Shown here in pieces: positions 16,427-25,545 of a DNA stretch of 64,000 bases. Positions within the stretch are counted from its first letter, which is position 1; each line of letters begins with the position of its first letter. The DNA is from an uncultured Planctomycetia bacterium (GTDB lineage Bacteria > Omnitrophota > Gorgyraeia > 2-01-FULL-45-10). A program made the translations under genes and the position numbers. The stretch is taken from the NCBI GenBank assembly GCA_964433975.1, contig CAYSSS010000001.1, positions 7,989 through 71,988 on the forward strand, in the 5' to 3' direction. The notes beneath the pieces are model-generated. The model did not search any database, was not told where the DNA came from, and worked only from the letters and a program-made list of their open reading frames with translations.

Positions 16427-17425
16427 ATGAAAGATAAAAATAAACCTTTAGTCAGTATCGGCGTGCCTGTTTTTAACGGGGAAAAAGGGATTTGCCGCGC
16501 GCTGGATTCATTGCTTGAACAGGACTATCCATACCTGGAGATAATAATCTCGGATAACGCCTCGGATGACGCAACGCCGTCGATATGTGCAGAGTATGTC
16601 AAAAAAGACTCTCGGGTACGGTATTTCCGGTCTGAAAAGAACCATGAGATAATATGGAATTTCAGCCGTGTTTTCGAGCTTTCTTCCGGAAAGTATTTCA
16701 TGTGGGCCGCCCATGACGACCACAGGGAGCCGTCTTTTGTGAGCGCATGCGTTGACAAGATGGAGAGTTGTCCCGATGCCGTGCTGTGCCAGGCCCGCAC
16801 TTCTATATTCATTGACGGCAGCGAGGATATGTTATGTGTGGCCGGGCTTGATAGCTTCGAAGGTGCGACCGGACTAGTAGAGAGGTATAGAGAAACGCTG
16901 AAACGTTTTCCGGCGACTGTCATTTACGGCCTTTACCGATCATCGGCCATGCGCAAGACAAAGATGCTACAGAAGAACATGGCTACGGACCTAGCTTTTA
17001 TACAAGAGCTATCCATTTATGGGTCGTTCGTTCAGGTGCCAGAAACCCTTTTTACATATGTAGGCAGAAAAAAATGGAATTCTGTCCATAGAGAATATCG
17101 TGCCTCTGTCGGAAAAGATAAGAAGCCCTGGTGGTATCTGCCTTTTGCCGTGTTGTTCCTCAGTCATTGTAAAAGGGTGGCGCGTGCGCCGGTCCCTTTT
17201 TCAGATAAGTTCCGCCTGTGGGCTGTGTTGTTAGGGCATGAAACCGGCCGGATAACCATGAAGGCCATGGTCAAGGCGGCCGGGCCGCTTTGCCCGGGGA
17301 GATGGAAGGAAAAGTTGGGACGCGGAATATATCTGCGGTGGGTGCATAATCCCAACATGAAGATCTGTCGCGAGGACTTGTTTTTAGAGAGAATAATAAA
17401 GCCTACACTTGGCTGGTGGAGATAG
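16427..17425 (+). CDS. GT2 glycosyltransferase
   Basis: LVSIGVPVFNGEKGICRALDSLLEQDY, IIISDNASDD, and WAAHDDH (DxD-like). Confidence 0.8.
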   Translation: MKDKNKPLVSIGVPVFNGEKGICRALDSLLEQDYPYLEIIISDNASDDATPSICAEYVKKDSRVRYFRSEKNHEIIWNFSRVFELSSGKYFMWAAHDDHREPSFVSACVDKMESCPDAVLCQARTSIFIDGSEDMLCVAGLDSFEGATGLVERYRETLKRFPATVIYGLYRSSAMRKTKMLQKNMATDLAFIQELSIYGSFVQVPETLFTYVGRKKWNSVHREYRASVGKDKKPWWYLPFAVLFLSHCKRVARAPVPFSDKFRLWAVLLGHETGRITMKAMVKAAGPLCPGRWKEKLGRGIYLRWVHNPNMKICREDLFLERIIKPTLGWWR

Positions 17426-17429
17426 CAAT

Positions 17430-17999
17430 ATGTCAGAAGACATCGTAAAAGGTTACCAAGATCGCCTTGTTGATTGCATACAGTCCTTTGACTGGTTGCC
17501 GGTAAGACAACTTACAGAGAAGATTCTCTCTGTTCGTAAAGATGGCGGGAGAATATTTTTGTGCGGCAACGGCGGAAGCGCTGTCAACGCTATGCACATA
17601 GCGAATGACCTATTATGTCTTAGGTCAAAGACAGGTAAGGCAGGAGTTAACGCTGCTGCGTTATCGGCTAACCAGGCTATTTTGACTTGCTTGGCCAACG
17701 ATATCGGTTATGAGAATATCTTCTCTTTTCAATTAATGAATTCAGGTAAAAAGGGAGATATTCTTATAGTTCTTTCCGGAAGTGGCAATTCTCCCAATGT
17801 TTTAAATGCATTGAAAGCAGCTAAGGGGATAGGGATTTCAACATGTGCTATCTTAGGGTTTGACGGAGGCAAGTGCCTAAAATTAGCGGATATCGTTATG
17901 CATTTTCCAATAAACGATATGCAAATAGCAGAGGACCTGCAGCTTATAGCCGGACATATGTTAATGCAATGGCTTGCGAAGGATATGGCTGATGATTAA
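17430..17999 (+). CDS. gmhA: SIS-domain sedoheptulose-7-phosphate isomerase-like protein
   Basis: 189 aa. RIFLCGNGGSAVNAMHIANDL, NDIGYENIFSFQL, GDILIVLSGSGNSPNVLNALKAAK and GFDGGK, collinear with E. coli GmhA motifs. A GGTGGAG RBS lies 9 nt upstream. Confidence 0.75.
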   Translation: MSEDIVKGYQDRLVDCIQSFDWLPVRQLTEKILSVRKDGGRIFLCGNGGSAVNAMHIANDLLCLRSKTGKAGVNAAALSANQAILTCLANDIGYENIFSFQLMNSGKKGDILIVLSGSGNSPNVLNALKAAKGIGISTCAILGFDGGKCLKLADIVMHFPINDMQIAEDLQLIAGHMLMQWLAKDMADD

Positions 18000-18999
18000 G
18001 GTACGCGAAAAGATAGCTGTGTTAGGTAGCAACTCCTTTTCCGGGGCAAGTTTTGTGGCGCATTGCCTTTCTTTGGGAATAGAAATATTGGGCATAAGCC
18101 GCTCATGCCAGCCGGCGAAAGCATTCTTGCCGTACGAATGGGACAATATGAACAAGTCAGGCTTATTCAGGTTCGAACAGCTTGACATGAATCGCGATAC
18201 GGATAAGATCGCCGACGGCATAAATAAGTTTCATCCGGATTATATCATTAATTTTGCGGCGCAAGCCATGGTGGCTCAAAGCTGGGAGCATCCGGAGCAT
18301 TGGTATCAGACCAATGTTGTTGGTAACGTGAAGATTCATAATAAAATAAAGGATTTTAATTTTTTAAAGAAATATGTGCATGTTTCAACTCCGGAAGTAT
18401 ATGGCAATTGCGCAGGGAAAGTAACCGAATCGATGTCGTTTAATCCAAGCACGCCTTATGCCGCTTCAAAGGCAGCTTGCGATCTGCACCTGCGAACATT
18501 CTTTAATCATTATAAATTTCCGGTGGTTTTTACGCGCGCGGCGAATGTCTATGGGCCGGGGCAGCAGCTTTACAGAATAATCCCCCGAGCTATTCTTTGT
18601 ATAAAGCTTGGCAGGAAACTGCAGCTGCACGGCGGCGGGCATTCATCGCGTTCTTTTATTCATATAAGGGATGTGGCAACGGCCACTTTGAAGATCGCGC
18701 AAAAAGGGAATGTTGGAGAGATTTATCATATATCCACATGCTCGTATATTTCCATAAAGAAATTAGTGAAATTGATATGCGAAATCATGAAAGCGGATTT
18801 TACAAAACTTGTTAAAATTGCAGACGAGAGGCCGGGTAAAGACGCCGCATATTTATTGGATAGCGGTAAGCTGCGCAGGGAGTTAGGCTGGTCGGATATC
18901 ATAGGTTTAGAAGTCGGCATACGCGAGACCATAGATTGGGTAAATGATAATTTTGAAGAGTTGATAAAGCAACCCGTTGAATATGTTCATAAAGAATGA
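17992..18999 (+). CDS. Extended SDR, NDP-sugar 4,6-dehydratase-like
   Basis: KIAVLGSNSFSGASFV, HVSTPEVYG (TPE where RmlB-type dehydratases have TDE), YAASKAACDL (YxxxK), and NVYGPGQ. The ATG lies within the last codons of gmhA. Confidence 0.7.
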   Translation: MIKVREKIAVLGSNSFSGASFVAHCLSLGIEILGISRSCQPAKAFLPYEWDNMNKSGLFRFEQLDMNRDTDKIADGINKFHPDYIINFAAQAMVAQSWEHPEHWYQTNVVGNVKIHNKIKDFNFLKKYVHVSTPEVYGNCAGKVTESMSFNPSTPYAASKAACDLHLRTFFNHYKFPVVFTRAANVYGPGQQLYRIIPRAILCIKLGRKLQLHGGGHSSRSFIHIRDVATATLKIAQKGNVGEIYHISTCSYISIKKLVKLICEIMKADFTKLVKIADERPGKDAAYLLDSGKLRRELGWSDIIGLEVGIRETIDWVNDNFEELIKQPVEYVHKE

Positions 19000-19011
19000 A
19001 GGGAAGTAACA

Positions 19012-20553
19012 ATGCCAAGCGCAAATAAGAGTCTTCCGTTTCATGCGGCCCTACAAGTTTTTTCCAGGCTTAGGAGTGAAGGCAAAAAAATTGTCCAGTG
19101 CCACGGAACATTTGATCTCCTCCATCCCGGTCACATCGTTCATTTTGAAGAAGCGAAAGCCCTCGGTGATATATTAGTAGTGACTGTTACCTCGGAGAAA
19201 CATGTGAATAAGGGCCCGGGCCGCCCGTATTTTAATGATGAACTCAGGACAAAATATTTGTCATCCTTAGAATATATTGATTATGTGGTAGTAGTTCCTT
19301 TTCCTGCCGCCCGCGAAGCGATAGAGTGCGTCCGGCCGCATATATATTGTAAGGGCAAGGAGTATGAGGACCCCAAGATTGATATAACGGGCAATATTTA
19401 TGATGACATTCAAGTGGTGAAAAGATTAGGCGGCCGGGTGCATTATGTAGGCTCGGTTGTATTCAGCTCAACAAAGCTGCTCAATAACCATTTTGAAATT
19501 CATCCGTCACAAATGAAAGAATTCTGTAAAAAGTTGGCGGCCAAATATACGCCTGAGCGGTTCAGGGAGATAGTGGATGGTTTTAGAGATCTGAAAGTTT
19601 TGATCATCGGGGATACGATCTTTGACCGGTATTCTTCGGTCAAAGTTCAGGGGCTTACTTCTAAGAACCGTATCATCTCCACAAGATTTTTATTTGAAGA
19701 TATGCAGGCGGGGGGTGCCTTGGCGGTACTACGCCACGTAAAACAGTTCACACCTAACATTAAATTTATAAGCATGGTAGGCACAGAGGAATGGGTAGAG
19801 CCGGTTTTAGCGAAATATGTAAGCCTAGAAGAAGACGGAATAGTTCGCAGTCCCGATTTTACCACTATCATCAAGCAGCGCTTTGTTGAGCCGCTTCAAG
19901 AGGGGAAGGAGCTGTCCAAGCTCTTCTCTATTAATGTGATCAGAGAGCAGTATTCAAACGAAAAAACCATAACTTTGGCTTGTGATATTATCGATGGTTG
20001 TATAAAAGATTACGATTTAGTCATGGTAATGGATTTCGGGCACGGCTTTATGCAGGAAAGCGTTCGCGAGCTTGTTCAGAAGAAGGCACCCTTTCTCGCA
20101 CTTAATTGCCAGACCAATAGTTATAACCATGGTTTTAATATAATCGACAAGCAATACCGCCGCTCAGATTCATTCTCCCTGGATGAAACAGAACTGACCC
20201 TGTCTTGCGGCCAACGGAACATAAGTTTTTATGAAGAATTGAAAAAGCTGCATCATAGGCTCTCCGCCAATTATGGCTGGTTAACCCGTGGCGGCACAGA
20301 TACGATTGGCATAAAAACCGGTGAGCCGGAGTGTGAATGCATGTCTTTTGAGCAAACCGTTGTTGATACCGTGGGTGCCGGAGACGCCTTTTGTTCCGTA
20401 GCTTCTTTGGCGGCCGCAAAAGGCCTTCCTATAGACCTTGCTACTTTTATGGGGCAGCTGGCGGGAGCGCAGGCAGTCCGGATTATCGGCAACGCCGATT
20501 CTATCAAAAAGGACAAATTATTAAAAGGCGGGATGGCTTTACTTAGTTTCTAA
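19012..20553 (+). CDS. Bifunctional nucleotidyltransferase (N, cytidylyltransferase fold) / PfkB sugar kinase (C); HldE(RfaE)-like with inverted domain order
   Basis: N-terminus: CHGTFDLLHPGHIVHFEEAK (HxGH) and VVTVTSEKHVNKGPGRP. C-terminus: KVLIIGDTIFDRY, AGGALAV, and DTVGAGDAF (PfkB signature). 513 aa. Confidence 0.75.
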   Translation: MPSANKSLPFHAALQVFSRLRSEGKKIVQCHGTFDLLHPGHIVHFEEAKALGDILVVTVTSEKHVNKGPGRPYFNDELRTKYLSSLEYIDYVVVVPFPAAREAIECVRPHIYCKGKEYEDPKIDITGNIYDDIQVVKRLGGRVHYVGSVVFSSTKLLNNHFEIHPSQMKEFCKKLAAKYTPERFREIVDGFRDLKVLIIGDTIFDRYSSVKVQGLTSKNRIISTRFLFEDMQAGGALAVLRHVKQFTPNIKFISMVGTEEWVEPVLAKYVSLEEDGIVRSPDFTTIIKQRFVEPLQEGKELSKLFSINVIREQYSNEKTITLACDIIDGCIKDYDLVMVMDFGHGFMQESVRELVQKKAPFLALNCQTNSYNHGFNIIDKQYRRSDSFSLDETELTLSCGQRNISFYEELKKLHHRLSANYGWLTRGGTDTIGIKTGEPECECMSFEQTVVDTVGAGDAFCSVASLAAAKGLPIDLATFMGQLAGAQAVRIIGNADSIKKDKLLKGGMALLSF

Positions 20554-20572
20554 TTAATATAGAAAAGGGTAT

Positions 20573-21511
20573 ATGAAGATACTTGTTTTAGGAGGCTGTG
20601 GTTTTGTGGGAACAGTTTTAACTCATACACTTTTAGCCAAAGGGCATTGTGTTACTGTAGTAGATATACAGTGGTTTGGTAATTACTTGGCTGAGCATAA
20701 AAACCTCAAAGTTATTAAAGAAGATATACGCAATGTGAATAATATTCCGATGGAGGGTATAGATGCAGTTATACATCTAGCTAATATTGCCAATGATCCT
20801 TGTGGGGAATTAAATTCTAAATTGGTTTGGGAGGTTAATGTTTTAGCTACAATGCTTTTGGTGGAGCGGGCTATACGGCATAAAGTAAAACAGTTTATTT
20901 TTGCCAGTTCCGGCAGTGTTTACGGGGTTAAGGATAAGCCGGAAGTTACGGAAGATCTTTCTCTTGTGCCCATATCTGATTACAATAAGACTAAAATGAT
21001 AAGCGAGAGAGTGCTCATTAGTTATCGGGATAAGATACTGGTTCAGTGCTTAAGGCCGGCTACTGTATGCGGGTATTCTCCTCGAATGCGGCTGGACCTT
21101 TCGGTAAACATGCTGACTATCCAGGCTTTGGCTAATGGAAGAATAACAGTTTTAGGCGGAAAGCAGGTGCGCCCCAACATACATATCAAAGACATGATTG
21201 CGGTATATCTATATCTTCTCAAGGCCGGAGACAAGATAGAGGGTGTCTATAACGCAGGTTTTGAGAACATCTCCATCCTGGATATAGCAAAGAAGATAGT
21301 TAGGCAAGTACCGGCAGAGATTATCATTAGTGAGTCAAATGATCCCCGGTCATACAGGCTATGCTCAAAGAAGTTGCTTGCTACGGGGTTTAAGCAAAAA
21401 TACAGCGTTGATGATGCAATAAAAGAACTTGTAGATGAATTCCGTGCAGGCAATCTGAAAAACGAAGACAGATGGTATAATATCAGAACGATGAAGAAGC
21501 TTAAGCTATAA
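20573..21511 (+). CDS. NAD-dependent sugar-nucleotide epimerase/dehydratase (extended SDR)
   Basis: MKILVLGGCGFVGTVL, ASSGSVYG, and YNKTK (YxxxK). Confidence 0.8.
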   Translation: MKILVLGGCGFVGTVLTHTLLAKGHCVTVVDIQWFGNYLAEHKNLKVIKEDIRNVNNIPMEGIDAVIHLANIANDPCGELNSKLVWEVNVLATMLLVERAIRHKVKQFIFASSGSVYGVKDKPEVTEDLSLVPISDYNKTKMISERVLISYRDKILVQCLRPATVCGYSPRMRLDLSVNMLTIQALANGRITVLGGKQVRPNIHIKDMIAVYLYLLKAGDKIEGVYNAGFENISILDIAKKIVRQVPAEIIISESNDPRSYRLCSKKLLATGFKQKYSVDDAIKELVDEFRAGNLKNEDRWYNIRTMKKLKL

Positions 21512-21517
21512 TAAACC

Positions 21518-23029
21518 ATGAAAATAAAAAAAATAAAAAAGATAGTTTTAATTCAGCCGAATTATGCCTGGATGACAAAAAGAACCTGGTGCCATCCGCC
21601 TTATACATTAGCCCTTCTGAAGGCCGTAGTTAACGACCGTGCAGAAACGATAGTATTTGACCCTAATTTTGCGAATCTTTCCGAAGAAGATGTATCATTC
21701 GTGTTGAAAAAGATAAAGCCGGACCTCGTAGGCATCACATCTGTCTCTACGGAGTATTACAACACATCAAAATTACTTACTTCGCTTGTTAGAAGAGCGC
21801 TCCCTGAGGCTGTGATCATTTTTGGCGGTGTTATTCCGACAGTATTTTTGGAAGAGGCTATGAAAGATAAAAATATCGATTACTGGATGATCGGTGAGGG
21901 CGAGGTTTCTTTCCCAAAGCTGATAGATGAGTTGCAGAAAGAGAATCCGGAATTATCTACTATCAAGGGCCTTGCGTATTGGCAAAAAGGCAAGACCATA
22001 GTGAATGATAATGTTTTTTTAGAGGATCTGGATCAGGTACCGTTCCCTGACTATTCCAACATAATAGGTAGTAGAAAAATGAGCAAGGTTTCCATGCATG
22101 ATTATGGGAATGTAGTTTTTAAATACGCACCGGGTATTTTGGCTAAAAAATATCCATCAGCCATGACCATAACTACCCGTGGATGCCCTTTTAAATGTAT
22201 ATTCTGCGCAGGCAAGACCGTAAGCGGTCAGAGGGTACGATTCAGGAGCGCGGAAAACGTGCTTGCCGAGATAGATCTTTTATATAAACAGGGAATCAAA
22301 GAGATAATATTCCTTGATGATCATTTTCTAGCCAACAGAAAACGCGCCATGGATATTATGAACGGCATAATGGAAAGAAAGTATGATATGGCCTGGCGAT
22401 GCTGTAATGTAACAGCATGGTTATTGGACAAAGAGATATTGGAAGTTATGTATAAAAGCGGATGTGACTTTCTTTTGGTATCGCCTGAATCCGGCAATCA
22501 ATATGTTCTTGACAACATAGTGAAAAAACCGCTTAAATTAAATAGCCTTCCCGGGATTCTTAATATAGCCAAATCGATAGGCTTTAGCGTAATGGTAAAT
22601 TTCGTATTCGGGTTTCCGGGGGAGACATGGGACCAGATAAGAGATACAATCAAGTATGCTGAGAAACTCAATGTCGACATAGTCAATTTTCATATTGCCA
22701 CGCCACTGCCTAAGACCGAATTGATGGAAATATGCCTGCGCGAGAAGCTACTTCCCGGAGATTACGTTCGGAATGTATCAAAATATTCCGGATACGGCAA
22801 GGGGCTTATTACGACTAAGGAGTTTACTCCTGTTGAATTGGAGGTCTTAAGGTCTTTTGAATGGGATAGAATAAATTTTTCTTCAGAAGAGAGAAAGAAG
22901 TCCATTATGCGGCTTAATGGCATAACGAGGGAAGAGTTAGAAAACTGGAGGGTCAATACCCGACGCAATCTAGGCGTAAATAGCCTTATTAGAAATATTA
23001 TGCACACTTCGAGCATGAACAGTGCTTGA
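21518..23029 (+). CDS. Cobalamin-binding-domain (class B) radical SAM enzyme
   Basis: N-terminal B12-type domain (IVLIQPN...LVGITSVST...IIFGGVIPT...IGEGEVSF), then RGCPFKCIFC. 503 aa. Confidence 0.8.
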   Translation: MKIKKIKKIVLIQPNYAWMTKRTWCHPPYTLALLKAVVNDRAETIVFDPNFANLSEEDVSFVLKKIKPDLVGITSVSTEYYNTSKLLTSLVRRALPEAVIIFGGVIPTVFLEEAMKDKNIDYWMIGEGEVSFPKLIDELQKENPELSTIKGLAYWQKGKTIVNDNVFLEDLDQVPFPDYSNIIGSRKMSKVSMHDYGNVVFKYAPGILAKKYPSAMTITTRGCPFKCIFCAGKTVSGQRVRFRSAENVLAEIDLLYKQGIKEIIFLDDHFLANRKRAMDIMNGIMERKYDMAWRCCNVTAWLLDKEILEVMYKSGCDFLLVSPESGNQYVLDNIVKKPLKLNSLPGILNIAKSIGFSVMVNFVFGFPGETWDQIRDTIKYAEKLNVDIVNFHIATPLPKTELMEICLREKLLPGDYVRNVSKYSGYGKGLITTKEFTPVELEVLRSFEWDRINFSSEERKKSIMRLNGITREELENWRVNTRRNLGVNSLIRNIMHTSSMNSA

Positions 23030-23047
23030 TGTTTACAGCCGATAATT

Positions 23048-23656
23048 ATGACGAAGCATATAGGACTAGATTTCGATAATACGATCATTACCTATGATGA
23101 GGTATTTCATAAATACGCTCTTAAGTCAGAATTGATTTTAAATGAAGTGAAAAAGAATAAGCAGGTTATTCGTGACGCTATCAGGGCTTTGCCTGAAGGC
23201 AACGATAAGTGGACGGAGCTTCAGGGTTTTGTGTACGGCAAGCATGTGTGTGAGGCTCGACTGACCCGGGGTGTTGAAAGTTTTTTTGAGGCGTGCAAGA
23301 GAAATTCAGTCAAGGTCTCAATAATTAGCCACAAGACTTTGTATCCGGCCTCAGGGCCCCGCGTTAACCTTCATACGGCAGCAAAGAGATGGCTTAAGGA
23401 TATGGATTTTTTATCAAAGTTCGGCTTGATGGAAGGGGACATTGTATTTGAGGAAACCCTTGAAGGAAAATTGGGGCAGATCACCAGGAAAAAATGCGCC
23501 TATTTTATAGACGACCTGAAGGAAGTCTTGCTACATCCGGATTTTCCGAAAGGTGTCGGAAAGATACTTTACAGTGAAGAGGCGGACGATGCTCTTCCGG
23601 CGGATATTACGATTTTTAAGGATTGGGATGAAATCACTAAACACTTTTTTGGTTAA
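23048..23656 (+). CDS. HAD-superfamily hydrolase (probable sugar-phosphate phosphatase)
   Basis: Motif I IGLDFDNTI, ISHKT (motif II-like), and a late FIDD acidic motif. 202 aa. Confidence 0.6.
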   Translation: MTKHIGLDFDNTIITYDEVFHKYALKSELILNEVKKNKQVIRDAIRALPEGNDKWTELQGFVYGKHVCEARLTRGVESFFEACKRNSVKVSIISHKTLYPASGPRVNLHTAAKRWLKDMDFLSKFGLMEGDIVFEETLEGKLGQITRKKCAYFIDDLKEVLLHPDFPKGVGKILYSEEADDALPADITIFKDWDEITKHFFG

Positions 23657-24704
23657 TTCAAATAATGCCGGAGCGGATATCGCTGTTCTTTTTGACGGAT
23701 TATTAAAGGCGAAATTCAGCGAAAGCGTGGCAAGTGTAGATAAAATTCCAGGAGGCATCAATAGCGAGGCGTATAAGATCTTAACGGGTCAAGGTAATGA
23801 GTATTTCGGGAAGGTTTATCGGATCAGTAAAGGCGACAGCAGAGACAGGTTAGCTACAGAATTTTCGGGGCTTACTTATTTGTGGCAGAATGGCATTAAG
23901 AATATACCGGAACCTTTATTGGCAAGCGAAGAATACGGCTTTGCGATTTATAGATATATAAAAGGATCGAGTATAAAGCCCGGTGAGATAACCGCGGCCG
24001 ATATTGATGAAGCCGCTGAATTCGCAACCCGGATCCATTCGTTAACCCGCGTAGAATCTGCCGATAATCAGCCGGTTGCTTCCGAGGCATGCTTTAGTAT
24101 CCGGGAGTACATAGATTGTGTTAGTGGTCGGATAGATAAATTTAAGAAGGTTATTAAAAAAGATACCATCTCTGCTTCGCTTGGCGCATTTCTGGAAGAT
24201 GAATTCATACCTTTTTTTAGTGGCGTCAGGAAAGCGGCGGAAAGAAAAGCCGAAAAGTCCGGCATTGATATCGATGAAAAGCTTCATAAGAGCAAGCGGA
24301 CGTTAAGCGTATCTGATTTTGGATTCCATAATGCTGTAAGATCGGAGTCCGGCAAACTTTTTTTCTTCGATTTTGAATATTACGGGTGGGATGATCCCGC
24401 GAAGATGATAACTGATTTTTATCTTCAGCCGGCCGTCCCGGTCCCGTCAAGTTACAGAGAGCGCTTTTTTAAAGAAGTGCGAAAAAACTATCGCGAAGGG
24501 AATAGCCTGGATCTCCGGATTTCTATGATTTATCCGATACTGGGATTGAAATGGTGCCTTATAATGTTGAATGTCTTTCTTCGTATTGATGATCATGAGA
24601 GCAGTAAAGATGTACGCTTAGAAAATCTTGCGAAGGCGGTAACCAAGTTTCAAGAGATAAAGAATGAAATTGACATAAAAGCATTCCCCCTTTCTCTTGT
24701 ATGA
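23628..24704 (+). CDS. APH/choline-kinase-fold small-molecule kinase
   Basis: IPGGINSEAYKI nucleotide-loop region, catalytic-loop SDFGFHN (DxxxxN), and FFFDFEYYGWDDP (metal-binding D plus APH-type tail). The start is uncertain: ATG 23628 was chosen, and the ORF is open from 23553, overlapping the HAD gene. Confidence 0.65.
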   Translation: MKSLNTFLVNSNNAGADIAVLFDGLLKAKFSESVASVDKIPGGINSEAYKILTGQGNEYFGKVYRISKGDSRDRLATEFSGLTYLWQNGIKNIPEPLLASEEYGFAIYRYIKGSSIKPGEITAADIDEAAEFATRIHSLTRVESADNQPVASEACFSIREYIDCVSGRIDKFKKVIKKDTISASLGAFLEDEFIPFFSGVRKAAERKAEKSGIDIDEKLHKSKRTLSVSDFGFHNAVRSESGKLFFFDFEYYGWDDPAKMITDFYLQPAVPVPSSYRERFFKEVRKNYREGNSLDLRISMIYPILGLKWCLIMLNVFLRIDDHESSKDVRLENLAKAVTKFQEIKNEIDIKAFPLSLV

Positions 24705-24714
24705 GTAGAATTTT

Positions 24715-25545
24715 ATGGAGATTTTCATGGATTTGCAGAATCTGGATAAAAGGTCAATAGAATTCAGAAGGAAGATCCTCCGTATGATCGATCGCTCCCG
24801 CAGGGGGCACATCGGTTCGGCCTTTTCTATAGTGGAGATCGTGCGGGTTTTGTATGAAGAGGTGCTGCGCGTAGATCCGAAGAGACCCCTATGGGAAGAG
24901 AGAGACCGTTTCATATTGAGCAAAGGGCATGGTTGTCTTGCGCTGTATGTGGCCTTAGCCGAAAAAAAATTCATTAGTAACGCGGAACTTTCAAACTTTT
25001 GCGACTTCGATTCAATCCTCGGAGGTCACCCTCAATACGGGAAGGTTCTCGGGGTGGAGGCCTCTACAGGTTCTTTAGGACATGGACTATCCATCGGTGT
25101 GGGTATTGCCTTAAATGGGAAGATCGATAAGAGAGATTACAGGACTTTTGTTCTGCTTGGCGACGGTGAATGTAATGAGGGTTCGGTCTGGGAAGCTGCC
25201 ATGTGCGCCTCAAAACACAAACTTGATCGTTTGACAGCATTGATCGATTATAACAAGATGCAATGCTACGGCGCGACTTGCGAAGTGCAAAATCTCGAGC
25301 CTTTTGCCGACAAATGGCGCAGCTTTGGTTTTAGCGTGAAAGAGGTGGATGGGCACGACATGGCGGCGTTACACAATATTCTGAAGAATATCCCGTTCGA
25401 TACGGAAAAGCCGCAAGTCGTTATTTGTCATACTACTAAAGGCAGAGGGATACGCTCACTGGAAGGGCATGCGCCATCGCATCACAAGAGTAAGATAAGT
25501 GATGATGAGATCGAATTGTTCCTTAAGGAGCTGGAGAAAAATTAG
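24715..25545 (+). CDS. Transketolase, N-terminal (ThDP-binding) subunit
   Basis: RGHIGSAFS, FILSKGHGCLALY, TGSLGHGLS, and LGDGECNEGSVWEA...YNK (GDG...N ThDP motif). 276 aa, typical of a split transketolase. Confidence 0.85.
   Translation: MEIFMDLQNLDKRSIEFRRKILRMIDRSRRGHIGSAFSIVEIVRVLYEEVLRVDPKRPLWEERDRFILSKGHGCLALYVALAEKKFISNAELSNFCDFDSILGGHPQYGKVLGVEASTGSLGHGLSIGVGIALNGKIDKRDYRTFVLLGDGECNEGSVWEAAMCASKHKLDRLTALIDYNKMQCYGATCEVQNLEPFADKWRSFGFSVKEVDGHDMAALHNILKNIPFDTEKPQVVICHTTKGRGIRSLEGHAPSHHKSKISDDEIELFLKELEKN

Noticed and set aside
23048-24704. The HAD plus APH-fold kinase pair as a phosphocholine (LicA/LicC-like) or phosphonate decoration module.
   Set aside because: The window has no LicB-type permease, LicD-type transferase, PEP mutase or phosphonopyruvate decarboxylase. 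The only nucleotidyltransferase nearby is fused to a PfkB sugar kinase. A sugar-phosphate role is more parsimonious but remains unproven.
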